Source: a virus (lineage: Duplodnaviria > Caudoviricetes). Taken from it: a DNA stretch of 64,000 nt. Position numbers and translations under genes: made by a program. Position 1 is the first letter of the stretch. The number at the start of each line of letters is the position of its first letter. The stretch is taken from the IMG/VR virus record IMGVR_UViG_3300042885_001472; one strand, written 5' to 3'. The notes beneath the pieces are model-generated. The model was not told the origin of the DNA and made no database searches. It saw nothing but the letters and a program-made list of their open reading frames with translations. Positions 36,012 through 45,198 of this stretch are shown in pieces.

Positions 36012-36785
36012 ATGAACAATTTTAAAATGAAAAAAATTAACGAATTAGTTAAACCAGATGATATCAATTTATCATCTTTTAAAGTTAGAGACGAATTAAA
36101 CCCTAAGTTTTGGGTTAAGTTAGAAAATGGTGATTATAAATTAAAATCTAAGATAAAAAATAGACTTTTAATGATTTCTGATGATTTTTTTGAAACATTG
36201 GATATCCCTTGGGTTGACGTTGAGGATATTATTTTAACCGGTAGTATTTCTAATTTTAACTGGTCTAAGTTTTCTGATGTTGATTTACATGTCGTTATAC
36301 CTTATACTGAGGTAGATGATAATATGGACTTAGTTAAGGAATATCTTACAGCTAAAAAAACTGTATGGAATAATAAACATAATATTAAAATATATGGTCA
36401 CGATGTTGAATTATACGCTCAGGATACTGAAGAACCTCATTACTCTACTGGTGTTTATTCACTAATGTTAGATAAATGGATCATTAAACCTGAAACTGGA
36501 AAACCTAAGATTAATCATGAAAAGATAAAAGATAAATCATCTAACATAATGAACATTACTGATAGTATTGAATCAATGTATAAAGATGGTGAATACGATA
36601 AGGTTATTAGAAGAGTGAATGGGTTGATTGAAAAAATAAAAAATATGAGATCCGCTGGGTTAGAGAAGGATGGTGAATATTCATCAGAAAATTTAACGTT
36701 CAAAGTTTTACGTAGAAATGGTTACATTGAAAAATTAATGAACTTAAAAGATATTTCTTATGATAAATCTTTAACTTTAAATTAA
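36012..36785 (+). CDS. Pol-beta-superfamily nucleotidyltransferase-like protein
   Basis: LTGSISNFNWSKFSDVDLH (GS..DxD), third acidic residue in VELY; ATATTTAT at 35999-36006. Confidence 0.75.
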   Translation: MNNFKMKKINELVKPDDINLSSFKVRDELNPKFWVKLENGDYKLKSKIKNRLLMISDDFFETLDIPWVDVEDIILTGSISNFNWSKFSDVDLHVVIPYTEVDDNMDLVKEYLTAKKTVWNNKHNIKIYGHDVELYAQDTEEPHYSTGVYSLMLDKWIIKPETGKPKINHEKIKDKSSNIMNITDSIESMYKDGEYDKVIRRVNGLIEKIKNMRSAGLEKDGEYSSENLTFKVLRRNGYIEKLMNLKDISYDKSLTLN

Positions 36786-36828
36786 TTTTACATATTTAGA
36801 TTATATTTATTAAGAAATACATAATAAA

Positions 36829-36993
36829 ATGACTGGTACAACTGAACAATTATTAATACAACTAATAAACCTATCTGGACCTTGTCCTAGCGTTTGTGAT
36901 GGAACAAAACAAATTGGTGGACCTGAAGGAACTAGTGACATTAATATTATCACTGGATGGCCTATAGATAATTCACCTTCTGGTGGTAGATAA
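36829..36993 (+). CDS. small late protein (54 aa)
   Basis: Manual translation MTGTTEQLLIQLINLSGPCPSVCDG..; ATATTTAT at 36803-36810. Confidence 0.55.
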   Translation: MTGTTEQLLIQLINLSGPCPSVCDGTKQIGGPEGTSDINIITGWPIDNSPSGGR

Positions 36994-37024
36994 GATAAAA
37001 TAAAAATAAAATAAATCAATTAAT

Positions 37025-38725
37025 ATGAATATAAAACCAACAGGATTAAAGGGTGGAGATAAAATCCAAAGAATCCAAAATTTAATGACTAAATTAAGTC
37101 CATTAAATGAATCAACAACTAATTCTTCTTTAGAACATATAAAATATGGTCCGGATGAGACTGTTTATGGTATCATTAGAGAAAACCATACATATTTTAT
37201 TAAAACCGCTAACAAAACAAATGATAAATTAACATCAGGAGATTTTGAATATATTGGTGGACTTCAAAATAAAATGGATGAATCATATAGATCATATGAA
37301 GACGCACTTAGACATTTAAATATGAAGTTTAAAGATTTAAATGAATCTTATGGTATTAGAGAAAATATTAATTTATTTAAATCAGATTTCTTATTAGAAA
37401 CTACTAAAAAGAAAACTATTAAAAATGAACAAGATGAAGAAACAACTTTTAAATTAAAAGTTGACGCACCAGAAGCTACTCCTACACCAATGGATACTAC
37501 AACACCGGATATGGGTGAAGTACCAACTGATGATATGTCAACTGATGTACCAACAGATTTACCAACTGATGATATGGAAATGGGTGATGAAACAGATGTA
37601 CCTGATGATACTGAAGGAGATGAAGATACTGGTGATCTTGAAAAAGATATTCAAAGATTGACTGGTAAAATTGGTCAAAAAATGAGAGAATTAGATGAAC
37701 CTGACGCTGAGTTAGAAAAGTATGTATTAAACTCTATTATGTCTGCGTTAAATCTTGATGATATGGATGAAGATTTTAAAGAAGATTTAATTTCTAAATT
37801 AGAGGGTGAAACTGAAGAAACTTCTGACGAAACTGATACTGAAGAAGTTCCAGAAGAACCTATTGATGATGAAGAAGTTCCAATGGAAGAACCTACTGAT
37901 ACTGAAGAAGTTCCAGAAGAAACTCCAATGAAAGCTGAAGGTAGAGTAATTTCTAAAAAAACTTTACTTGAAAATCTTAAAAATAAAAAATCATTAGAGA
38001 TTAAATTAAAGAAAACTGTTAAGGAATCTGATGAATTTGATTACAGAAGAGACTTTTTAGGTAATAAGGAAAAACCTGAATTTGATTACAGAAGAGACTT
38101 TTTAGGTAATAAGGAAAAAGATGAATTTGATTACAGAAGAGACTTTTTAGGTAATAAGGAAGAAGAAAAATTCGTTAGAGGTGGAAGACCTAGTAAATTT
38201 TTAAAAAATCCTAATTTACCAGATGATGATGATTTTTTAGAAGAAGAAGAAACTATAACCAATTATAAGGATGTAAATGATTTTAAAACTAATAATCCTA
38301 AATTAGCACCTAAATCAAAATTTAGTGTTACTGGTGTTGAAGGTAATTTTATGAAGGAAATGAATGAAGATGAAACTATCTATGAAATTGAATTAGATGA
38401 AGATTCAATGGAAGAAGGTAACGCTTTCACTCGTATGTTATCTAAAACTAAAAAAGGTGAAAAATTTAACTTAGGTGGTAGAAGTTATACTGATAAATCA
38501 GATTATGATGAATTAGATGAGTCAGATATAGAAGAATATTATTCACCTGATGAAGATAAAGAATATCCTAAGAGTTATTATGAACCTGGAACTAGATATA
38601 AAAGTCCAAATTATGATAAAGGTATTGATATTGAGTTTAATGATGAAAAGGCGACTGATGAAAAAGAAGTTACTGAAACTAGACAAAGAAGATTTAAACC
38701 TTTTCAACCAAAAAGAAGTAGATAG
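37025..38725 (+). CDS. acidic head-associated/scaffold-like protein
   Basis: Long D/E-rich low-complexity tracts; YEIELDE motif shared with the scaffold; many L/I-x-E sites. Confidence 0.6.
   Translation: MNIKPTGLKGGDKIQRIQNLMTKLSPLNESTTNSSLEHIKYGPDETVYGIIRENHTYFIKTANKTNDKLTSGDFEYIGGLQNKMDESYRSYEDALRHLNMKFKDLNESYGIRENINLFKSDFLLETTKKKTIKNEQDEETTFKLKVDAPEATPTPMDTTTPDMGEVPTDDMSTDVPTDLPTDDMEMGDETDVPDDTEGDEDTGDLEKDIQRLTGKIGQKMRELDEPDAELEKYVLNSIMSALNLDDMDEDFKEDLISKLEGETEETSDETDTEEVPEEPIDDEEVPMEEPTDTEEVPEETPMKAEGRVISKKTLLENLKNKKSLEIKLKKTVKESDEFDYRRDFLGNKEKPEFDYRRDFLGNKEKDEFDYRRDFLGNKEEEKFVRGGRPSKFLKNPNLPDDDDFLEEEETITNYKDVNDFKTNNPKLAPKSKFSVTGVEGNFMKEMNEDETIYEIELDEDSMEEGNAFTRMLSKTKKGEKFNLGGRSYTDKSDYDELDESDIEEYYSPDEDKEYPKSYYEPGTRYKSPNYDKGIDIEFNDEKATDEKEVTETRQRRFKPFQPKRSR
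38033..38161 (+). repeat. 3 x 45-nt in-frame tandem repeat (EFDYRRDFLGNKE)
   Basis: GAATTTGATTACAGAAGAGACTTTTTAGGTAATAAGGAA at 38033, 38078 and 38123. Confidence 0.95.
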
Positions 38726-38727
38726 TA

Positions 38728-39153
38728 ATGGAATTATTTATAATCTATATAAATAAAATAGGTAAAAATTGGAAAGATGAATTTATGTATGAATTCATCT
38801 TTTCAAATTCTATAGAAAATATTGATGGTGATGAGTGGGATAGTTATCCAGCTTCTGGAAACCCAGGACCACCAAATCACGAATTCATAAAAAAAGTTGG
38901 TACATTAACCACTAACATCAATTTAGATGTTATCCAAAATAGTGAGTCTTTTGCGATTTGGGATGCGGTGGATGGTGTAATTTCAATGGCTTGGGAAAAT
39001 TTAGATGGGTATGAAGAATACCCTGAAACTAGATTATTTTTTAAGTTTGGTGAACAAATAAACTCTGTCGAAGATAAATTATATGAGAGAGATATGGTAT
39101 TAAAATACGATGAAAAAAATGAAAAGAAAAGTAATAAAACTGAAAGAGTCTGA
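38728..39153 (+). CDS. hypothetical protein
   Basis: ORF track. Confidence 0.7.
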   Translation: MELFIIYINKIGKNWKDEFMYEFIFSNSIENIDGDEWDSYPASGNPGPPNHEFIKKVGTLTTNINLDVIQNSESFAIWDAVDGVISMAWENLDGYEEYPETRLFFKFGEQINSVEDKLYERDMVLKYDEKNEKKSNKTERV

Positions 39154-39610
39154 TTTAGAAAAATTAGTTAAGAAAATTTTAAAAGAAGATATGGGTGGTA
39201 TGGATGATACACATCCAACATTTGGTAATTTAAATTTATCAAGAATTAGTGACGAAGAAATTATGTCTTTATTAAATAGAAATATGGGTGAAATTAAAAC
39301 TGATGGTGATGATGATTTAGAACACGGAACTTTTGATGATGAAGCTATTCATAATTATGTTTCATATAACTTAACTAATAATATGGTCCATATATTTGAT
39401 ACGATTGGACATAATATGCCTAGAGAGTTAGAAGGTAATGAATATGAAGAAACTATGGATAATGCTTATGATGACGCTTTCAAACATTTTAAAAAATTTC
39501 CAGAAACTATGACTAATAGATTTGATAGAAAATTTAATCGTTTTGATGAATCAAGTAAAAAATCTATGAGTTATAAACAAATATTATCAAATAAAAGATT
39601 AAGAAAATAA
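39110..39610 (+). CDS. hypothetical protein with a KLKESDLEKLVKKILKE leader
   Basis: Leader motif. Confidence 0.7.
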   Translation: MKKMKRKVIKLKESDLEKLVKKILKEDMGGMDDTHPTFGNLNLSRISDEEIMSLLNRNMGEIKTDGDDDLEHGTFDDEAIHNYVSYNLTNNMVHIFDTIGHNMPRELEGNEYEETMDNAYDDAFKHFKKFPETMTNRFDRKFNRFDESSKKSMSYKQILSNKRLRK

Positions 39611-39623
39611 ATCATTAACGATA

Positions 39624-39989
39624 ATGGCGAAAAAAATGAAATTGTTATACGATGAATATTCACAAATGATGGATGAATTGTATAGTGCGGTTAAAGAAAA
39701 ACCAATAGAAGAAAAATTTGTCTCTAAAGACCAACAAAAATATTTTTATTGGAAAGCTGGTCAAAAGGGTAAAAAGGGTGAGGAATGGAAAAAAATGGCT
39801 GATGAATTTTCTAATACTATGACTAAAAAAGATTGGGAAAAATTACCAAAAAAGGTAACTAATGAATCGGTTAAGAATTTAAACCCTAAAATTAATAAAA
39901 AGTCTTTAATTGAATATGTTATAAAACAAAATGTACCGGTTAAGGTTACTAAAAAAGAAATTGTTAAACAAATAAAAAGAAATGACTAA
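39624..39989 (+). CDS. hypothetical protein
   Basis: ORF track. Confidence 0.65.
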   Translation: MAKKMKLLYDEYSQMMDELYSAVKEKPIEEKFVSKDQQKYFYWKAGQKGKKGEEWKKMADEFSNTMTKKDWEKLPKKVTNESVKNLNPKINKKSLIEYVIKQNVPVKVTKKEIVKQIKRND

Positions 39990-41199
39990 AATTCGTAGAA
40001 ATATCTCACTTAAACTTTTTGAACAGTATAAACGAGATTTAGGTGTTGTTGATGGGATTGAATATGATTTAAACCATTCAGAAATGATACATCCAGATAT
40101 TGAGAAAAAACTTAAAAATGGTAACCATCATTTAGGTACTCATCCATCATTCCCAGAACTTGATTCAAACCAAAATTTTGGTGAAAAATTAGCTTCAAAA
40201 AGTTTTAAAGATATTGTTAAAAAAGTTAAGAAATATTCTGGAGTTAAAGATATTACCGAAAAACAAGTTATGGAGATGAGAGATCTTTTAGAAGAAATTA
40301 TCTCAATTGAAAAAAATGAAAGAAACCTTTTAGAAAAATTAGCTATAGATATCGTAAAAAAAGAATTTGGTATTACCGATCAATTATTATTTGACGCTAA
40401 ATTAGTTGATGCTGGTAACATTAATTTTGATGAAAATGTAAGTAAAAATGATGAAATTTTTATTGATTTTGATAATGCCGCGGAGGAAGAAACTATAGTT
40501 TCTGAAGTTGAAAAACAAAAATTACTTAATGGTTTAGCTCAAGGAGCTGCCAAAAAAGGACATTATATGTTTCATAGAATTGAAGATGAATTAGATAAGA
40601 TTGACACATCTTTGAGTAATCTTTATGGTAAATTAATGTCAATTAGTGATTTCACTTACTGGATTACACCAGATGAAGCTATGATGATTATGGTTGGTGG
40701 TGATGAAAATTTAGTTGGTGGTGAAAATATTGATTTAAATACGACACCCCCTACAATAAAGGCTAAAGCTTTAACTTTTCCAATATTAGTACAAGAATTA
40801 ATTACCGGTATAATGAAAATTATGTCTATGGACGCTTTACCAGGTGATGAAAACATTAAAAAATATGTTGATAATAAATGTAAATTTGTAACTTCAGAAT
40901 TTTGGGATGTACGTTTAGGTCCAGGTTTATGGGATAGATTTAAAGAAGTTATTGGAACTAATGATCAAGATTTAAAATATTATCTTTACAATGAGATATC
41001 ATTAATACCGGCCAAAGAGTTCAATTCATTTATGAATGACTTATTTAAGGGTGATGAAACAGCTAAACAAAAATTAGTTGATATGGCGAATAACATTAGA
41101 GAGGAAATGAAAGAAGATAATTATACAGAATTAATTGGTTATTATGATAACGATAATAAAGTTGAAGATGATATTGACATCATAGACCTTTTTAGATAG
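39982..41199 (+). CDS. hypothetical protein, probably virion-associated
   Basis: 405-aa ORF in the late operon upstream of terminase. Confidence 0.65.
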   Translation: MTKIRRNISLKLFEQYKRDLGVVDGIEYDLNHSEMIHPDIEKKLKNGNHHLGTHPSFPELDSNQNFGEKLASKSFKDIVKKVKKYSGVKDITEKQVMEMRDLLEEIISIEKNERNLLEKLAIDIVKKEFGITDQLLFDAKLVDAGNINFDENVSKNDEIFIDFDNAAEEETIVSEVEKQKLLNGLAQGAAKKGHYMFHRIEDELDKIDTSLSNLYGKLMSISDFTYWITPDEAMMIMVGGDENLVGGENIDLNTTPPTIKAKALTFPILVQELITGIMKIMSMDALPGDENIKKYVDNKCKFVTSEFWDVRLGPGLWDRFKEVIGTNDQDLKYYLYNEISLIPAKEFNSFMNDLFKGDETAKQKLVDMANNIREEMKEDNYTELIGYYDNDNKVEDDIDIIDLFR

Positions 41200-41216
41200 T
41201 AGGGATATTTATCAAT

Positions 41217-42260
41217 ATGTTGAAGAAAATTACCCATAAATTATTAAAAGAAGAAATTACTGATAGGGAAATAAAATTTGTTAATAATTTCGCCACTAAA
41301 AGACCAGAACTTGATTGGGAAGGTGTTAGAGATGAGTTAATTGAGATGGGTTATACTAATGAGGAATCTATGTTATTAATTTTAAAGACGATTTCTTCTG
41401 AAGATACTGAATGGGTTGAAGATCCTTTAGAATTATTTGATCTTGGTCATTGGTTTTCGGCTTTTGGTAAAGATACACTAGAAATACTTAAAGAATATGG
41501 ACATGAAGTAGAATTTGATTTCAGTGATACATATAAAGTCGGTGATAAAGTATATTTAAGTACTGATGGTTGGTGTGATTTTAAACCATTTTTTGATCGT
41601 CATGATGGGAGTATTTTTGAATCATATTTTTGTGATGAAGACCATTTTAGGATGTACGATTTGAATAGATCATTTGATGAGGCTTGGGATTCATTAAATA
41701 AAAAATGTATTGACTATATTAAAGATTATTTAAAAGAAAAATTTTTAAACACAAAAGTTACTTTAAGTAATGATGGAAGTCTTGAAGATTATTTAGATTC
41801 TGATGTAGATTCTACTATCACATTATCTTCAGATCTTATTAATAAATTAACTGATGATGAGTTAAAAGATTTGATTAAAAATTCACCAGAACTTGATGAT
41901 TTGGAACATGAAATTGAAATGTCTTTAGAGGGAGCTTATAATACCGTTTCAGAAAGAGAGATCAGTGAAAAATTTATGGATGAAATAACTGATTTATTTG
42001 GTAAAGGTAAATGGGATTCAGTAGTCAGAAAAGATGGGATTCGTAAAGATAAGTTAATTTTTGAAATTACTGATCTATTTAATGGAACTACTGAAAATTA
42101 TATCTTAGATAGTGGTGATAACCCTAGTGATGTTTATAATTACTTTCTTACTTTGATACAAGATCGTATGGATAGTTCATTAAACCCTGGTAACCTTAGT
42201 TATTATGAACCATATATTACCGGTTATGATATGTATGAAGAATTAACAAATAGATTTTAA
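41217..42260 (+). CDS. acidic hypothetical late protein with an MLKKITHKLLKE leader
   Basis: ATATTTAT at 41205-41212. Confidence 0.7.
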   Translation: MLKKITHKLLKEEITDREIKFVNNFATKRPELDWEGVRDELIEMGYTNEESMLLILKTISSEDTEWVEDPLELFDLGHWFSAFGKDTLEILKEYGHEVEFDFSDTYKVGDKVYLSTDGWCDFKPFFDRHDGSIFESYFCDEDHFRMYDLNRSFDEAWDSLNKKCIDYIKDYLKEKFLNTKVTLSNDGSLEDYLDSDVDSTITLSSDLINKLTDDELKDLIKNSPELDDLEHEIEMSLEGAYNTVSEREISEKFMDEITDLFGKGKWDSVVRKDGIRKDKLIFEITDLFNGTTENYILDSGDNPSDVYNYFLTLIQDRMDSSLNPGNLSYYEPYITGYDMYEELTNRF

Positions 42261-42319
42261 AAAGAAATTACTGTTTTTAAATCGTTTACATACTATTTAA
42301 ATGAATAGAACTAATAATT

Positions 42320-44053
42320 ATGAATCGTTCAGAACAGTTACAAGAATACGCCAAATGTTTGGCTGATCCCGTTTACGCGGTAGAAACATATTTAGAAACA
42401 TTTGATCAAACCCAGAGTGGGTATGTACCATTTCAATTATTTCCAAAACAAAAGGAATTAGTACATAGTATTTTTGATAATCGATTCACAATCGTTACAA
42501 AACCAAGACAAGCTGGTATTACCACTACAACAGCCGCTTGTATGGCGATAAAGGTTTCTTTCTATGGTGACGCGAGTATTCCAGATAAGATTCTTATATT
42601 AGCGAATAGACAAGAGATAGCTCAAGAATTTTTAAAAAAAATTAAAGAATTTTTAGAACAAATACCAAGATGGGTATGGGGTATTGAATATGTTGAAGAC
42701 CCTAAAAAATCTATCTTCTTAACTGATTCTAAAAAACATATTATATTACCAACTAAATGTGAAGTTAAAGCTTTAGCGACATCAAAAGACGCGTTAAGGG
42801 GTTTTACCCCAACCACATTAGTAATGGATGAGGCGGCCTATATTGAGAATGGTTCTGATGTTTATGGAGCGGCCTTACCTTCTTTAGGTACAGGTGGAAA
42901 ATCAATTTTAATTTCAACACCAAATGGATATGACGATTTATATTATAAAATTTATGATGGGGCGGTAAATAAACGGAATAAATATAATGTGGTTGAAATG
43001 AGATGGTATCAAGATTTACGCTACAATAAAGGGTTACGCTGGCTTAAAGGTGAAGAAGTTGTTATAGAAGAAATGTATAACCTTGAAAGTTATAATAAAA
43101 TGGTTAGTGAAGGTTATAAACCAACATCTCAATGGTATGAAGATATGTGTGCGGAATACAATGGTGATACGAGAAAAATCGCCCAAGAGTTAGATGTTTC
43201 GTTTTTAGGTTCTGGTGGTAATGTGATTGATGATGAATATGTTGAAGCTCAAAATAAAGAGAATGTGATGTTACCCATTAGAACTGAAGGACATGATAAT
43301 GGTGTTTGGATTTGGAAAGATCCGGAATTAAACCATCAATATATTATGGGCTCGGATGTCAGCCGCGGAGACAGTGAAGATTTTTCTAGTATAGAGATTA
43401 TTGATTTTGAGACTAAAGAACAAGTATTAGAATATCAAGGTAAAATACCCCCAGATGTATTAGCGGAATTGGTACAACATTATGGTGACTTATATAAAGC
43501 CTACACTGTAGTTGATATCACTGGTGGTATGGGTGTTACTACCGTATTAAAATTGGAGGAGATGGAATATAAACGACTTCATTATGATGACGCTAAAAGT
43601 AAAATATTATCCGCTAGAAAAGATATTAGTAAGTATAAAAAATACGATAATAAAATACCTGGGTTTAATGTTGGAGCTAATAGATTACCTATGGTGGCTG
43701 AATTTGAAAGGTCTGTTAGACAAAATGATTTAATTGTAAGATCTAGTAGATTAATTTCTGAGATGAAAACTTTTGTTTATAAAAATGGTAGACCTGATCA
43801 TATGGATGGTTACCATGATGATTTATTAATGGCCGTAGCGATGTGTTTATGGGTATTACAAACATCATTTAAAAATCTTGAAAAAGTTAATGAACAAACT
43901 AAAGCGATATTAAATAGTTGGGTTACCAGTACTAATTTAAACACCGTAACCAATGTAAATGTAACTACAACCACCACTACAGTGACACAAACACCAGTGC
44001 CATCTAATATACCCAATGGTGAACATATGTGGTTATTAGGGGGTATGAGATAA
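42320..44053 (+). CDS. gp17: terminase large subunit (T4 gp17-like)
   Basis: KPRQAGITT Walker A, VMDEAAYI Walker B, ISTPNG, nuclease motifs GSDVSRG and HDDLLMA. Confidence 0.95.
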   Translation: MNRSEQLQEYAKCLADPVYAVETYLETFDQTQSGYVPFQLFPKQKELVHSIFDNRFTIVTKPRQAGITTTTAACMAIKVSFYGDASIPDKILILANRQEIAQEFLKKIKEFLEQIPRWVWGIEYVEDPKKSIFLTDSKKHIILPTKCEVKALATSKDALRGFTPTTLVMDEAAYIENGSDVYGAALPSLGTGGKSILISTPNGYDDLYYKIYDGAVNKRNKYNVVEMRWYQDLRYNKGLRWLKGEEVVIEEMYNLESYNKMVSEGYKPTSQWYEDMCAEYNGDTRKIAQELDVSFLGSGGNVIDDEYVEAQNKENVMLPIRTEGHDNGVWIWKDPELNHQYIMGSDVSRGDSEDFSSIEIIDFETKEQVLEYQGKIPPDVLAELVQHYGDLYKAYTVVDITGGMGVTTVLKLEEMEYKRLHYDDAKSKILSARKDISKYKKYDNKIPGFNVGANRLPMVAEFERSVRQNDLIVRSSRLISEMKTFVYKNGRPDHMDGYHDDLLMAVAMCLWVLQTSFKNLEKVNEQTKAILNSWVTSTNLNTVTNVNVTTTTTTVTQTPVPSNIPNGEHMWLLGGMR

Positions 44054-44055
44054 AT

Positions 44056-44547
44056 TTAATTTATATTACTGAAATAAAGTTTTAAATCATCTCCCAAATA
44101 TAAATCAACACCTTTTAATTGTTTTCCACTATTGGTTAACTGATTTTCAAATTGATATGAATGATCAAAAAATCCAGCACCATGACCATTCCTTGTTAAC
44201 CAAATATCCATACCTAACTGGAATGTCCCATTATCATCTAAAGCTTCAGAAATCGCTTGTTCTCCGGCCATATTAATAAATTTTTTAATATCAATATAAG
44301 CTTGAATTTTAGAATTATCATCCAAATCATCAACACCTAAAGAACCTAAATCAATATCTTCAGAATAATCAAACATACTTTCATACTCAGCGGTTAATTG
44401 TTCTTCCTCAGTCCATAGGGCGGATTCTAAATAACCTTTTAATATTTCAAGTAATTCCTCATCACTTACATAAAAATCATTAGATGGGGATTCCTTTATC
44501 AGTTTTAATTGATTTACCGAGTTTTTAATATGTTGTTTAATATTCAT
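44056..44547 (-). CDS. hypothetical late protein
   Basis: DIWLTRNGHGAGFFD motif; minus-strand ATATTTAT at 44560-44567. Confidence 0.7.
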   Translation of the reverse strand: MNIKQHIKNSVNQLKLIKESPSNDFYVSDEELLEILKGYLESALWTEEEQLTAEYESMFDYSEDIDLGSLGVDDLDDNSKIQAYIDIKKFINMAGEQAISEALDDNGTFQLGMDIWLTRNGHGAGFFDHSYQFENQLTNSGKQLKGVDLYLGDDLKLYFSNIN

Positions 44548-44575
44548 ATATTTTTATTTATAAATATCATATTGT

Positions 44576-44794
44576 TTAAAAAACTTGATTTTGTTGGAAA
44601 CCTTTCCAATGAGATAAAACCCTTTCATCAGCGAATGGTCTACAATATTTACCTTCATTACTAACCATATGATTACCTGTTTTATTACTTAACATCCACC
44701 ATTCATAGTTAGATTCATTAAGAACCACATACATTTCACATCCATTACTTTTTGACCAAAGAAGACCTTTTTGTTTAATTTCTTGATTCATCAT
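44576..44794 (-). CDS. hypothetical protein
   Basis: ORF-track frame; minus-strand TTTG-N19-TATATTTG promoter at 44819-44849 favors the downstream ATG. Confidence 0.55.
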   Translation of the reverse strand: MMNQEIKQKGLLWSKSNGCEMYVVLNESNYEWWMLSNKTGNHMVSNEGKYCRPFADERVLSHWKGFQQNQVF

Positions 44795-44879
44795 AATTTT
44801 ATGTTTAAGTTTATTCCACAAATATATAAATTTATTTTTGATTTACAAACATTACTTTAAAATTTATTATAATAATATG

Positions 44880-44887
44880 ATATTTAT
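44880..44887 (+). promoter_or_regulatory. putative late promoter ATATTTAT (representative copy)
   Basis: 12 nt upstream of 44900; same motif precedes about 20 late genes. Confidence 0.6.
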
Positions 44888-44899
44888 AGGTAAACTAAT

Positions 44900-45148
44900 A
44901 TGGCTTTAGGAAGTAAAAAGGGACCTTTTTATAGGTTACCAAATGAAAAATTCATATATAAATGGTCACCACAACCTTATGATGTAAAAACAAAAACTAA
45001 AAGTGGTAGTAATAAAAAAGTACTTTGTGACGCACCTCCGGGATCACAAGGGGAGGATTTTAATACAACTTATGTATATAAATTAAGTTATATACCTAAT
45101 AATGTTGAACATAGATACGCTTATGTTGAGTGTGATTATGTGATATAA
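44900..45148 (+). CDS. hypothetical late protein
   Basis: ORF track. Confidence 0.65.
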   Translation: MALGSKKGPFYRLPNEKFIYKWSPQPYDVKTKTKSGSNKKVLCDAPPGSQGEDFNTTYVYKLSYIPNNVEHRYAYVECDYVI

Positions 45149-45198
45149 CATATTTACTTTTAATAAAAGTTTATTAACTTAAAATAAATAATTAAAAA

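Noticed and set aside
38033-38161. CRISPR-like repeats
   Set aside because: The 45-nt units are contiguous, in frame within a CDS and separated by only 6 nt; there are no spacers or cas genes.
42320-44053. Intein in the terminase (a common phage site)
   Set aside because: The 577-aa protein has continuous ATPase and nuclease motifs with no Hint blocks.
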